A program made the position numbers and the translations under genes. Below the pieces are notes generated by a model. The model was not told the DNA's origin. It worked only from the letters and a program-made list of their open reading frames with translations, and made no database searches. A DNA stretch of 64,000 nucleotides from Candidatus Nanopelagicales bacterium (GTDB lineage Bacteria; Actinomycetota; Actinomycetes; S36-B12). The stretch covers positions 27,656 through 91,655 of the forward strand of contig JAIOXK010000001.1 in the NCBI GenBank assembly GCA_021741645.1, in the 5' to 3' direction. Below are positions 63,084-64,000 of this stretch, one piece after another. The stretch's first letter is position 1. Each line of letters opens with the position of its first letter.

Positions 63084-64000
63084 TGACACTGGTGGTCCGA
63101 GGCGTTCGACCCTACGGAGAGGACGCCGTCGACATCGTCGTCTCGGACGGCGTGATCGTCGAACTCGCCCCGCCGGGAACGGCGGCCGGAGAGATCGTCG
63201 ACGCGGATGGCCTGGTGGCCCTTCCCGGCTTCGTCGATCTGCACACGCATCTGCGTGAGCCCGGCCGCGAGGACGCGGAGACCGTTCGCACAGGCTCTCA
63301 GGCAGCCGCTCTCGGGGGTTTCACCTGCGTGCATGCCATGGCCAACACCAGTCCTGTGGCCGACACGGCGGGCGTCGTCGAGCAGGTATGGCGCCTGGGT
63401 CAGGAGGCCGGGCTCGTCGATGTGCGACCGGTGGGTGCCGTCACGGTGGGCCTGGGCGGCGAGCGGATGGCCGAGCTGGGGGCGATGGCCCACAGCGCGG
63501 CACAGGTGCGGGTGTTCAGCGACGACGGCAAGTGCGTTCACGACGCAGTGCTGATGAGGCGGGCTCTGGAGTACGTCAAGGCCTTCGACGGCGTCGTGGC
63601 CCAGCATGCACAGGAGCCGAGGCTCACCGAGAACGCCCAGATGAACGAGAGCGAGCTCTCCGGACGGCTGGGCCTGGTGGGCTGGCCGGCGGTGGCAGAG
63701 GAGGCGATCATCGCGCGCGATGTGCTGCTCGCCGAGCATGTCGGGTCGCGGCTGCACGTATGCCATCTCTCCACGGCAGGCTCGGTGGAGGTGGTGCGCT
63801 GGGCCAAGGCGAGGGGAGTGCAGGTCACTGCCGAGGTCACGCCCCACCATCTGGTGCTCACCGAGGACCTCGTTGCGACGTATGACCCGGTCTACAAGGT
63901 GAATCCGCCGCTGCGCACGGCCGAGGATGTCGCTGCGCTCAGGGAGGCGCTGGCCGACGGCACCATCGACATCATCGCGACCGATCACGCGCCGCACCCG
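63083..64000 (+). CDS. pyrC: dihydroorotase (5' part; the ORF continues past the window end)
   Basis: Hand translation from ATG 63083 (TGATG overlap with the pyrB stop) gives [13 protein letters not shown]...[13 protein letters not shown]...HVCHLST...IATDHAPH. It is absent from the ORF track because there is no stop in the window. Confidence 0.93.

Overview
This is a high-GC actinobacterial chromosome core segment, G+C judged by eye and not computed. It is almost fully coding and strongly syntenic with other Actinomycetota. From left to right it contains: a partial serine hydrolase, a DUF4349 lipoprotein and a HelD-like helicase on the minus strand; rmuC; a secreted DUF2202 protein; a DUF3048 lipoprotein; the complete dcw cluster (mraZ-rsmH-ftsL-ftsI-murE-murF-mraY-murD-ftsW-murG-murC-ftsQ-ftsZ) followed by pgeF-yggS-sepF-yggT-divIVA; ileS (minus strand); a lysine-repeat/DksA-TraR zinc-finger gene; lspA-rluD-dnaE; a membrane protein; ybaK and a LON-N-domain gene (minus strand); hisDCBH-priA-hisF; a TIGR03085-like gene (minus strand); hisI-trpE; small membrane genes plus an OmpR/HisKA two-component pair; trpCBA; a DsbA-like gene; lgt; gltBD; pyk; and pyrR-pyrB-pyrC (pyrC is truncated at the window end). 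I saw no rRNA, tRNA, CRISPR array, transposase, integrase or phage gene, and I see no accessory island or obviously novel multi-gene system. The items worth a second look are small-scale. They are a 10-bp-phased TGG operator array at the mraZ promoter; a 311-bp mraZ-rsmH spacer with a hairpin, tandem repeats and an unannotated 43-codon membrane ORF coupled to rsmH; a structured ftsZ leader; the ileS leader (T-box candidate plus 9-nt triplicate repeat); the histone-like (AKKAP)n-DksA fusion; a two-component system inserted inside the conserved trp cluster; an lgt whose conserved N-terminus has no canonical start codon; three 17-bp-phased GTAGTTCAC repeats upstream of gltB; and a PyrR binding loop overlapping the pyrR RBS. 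All family names come from motif recognition by eye, and no database search was run.
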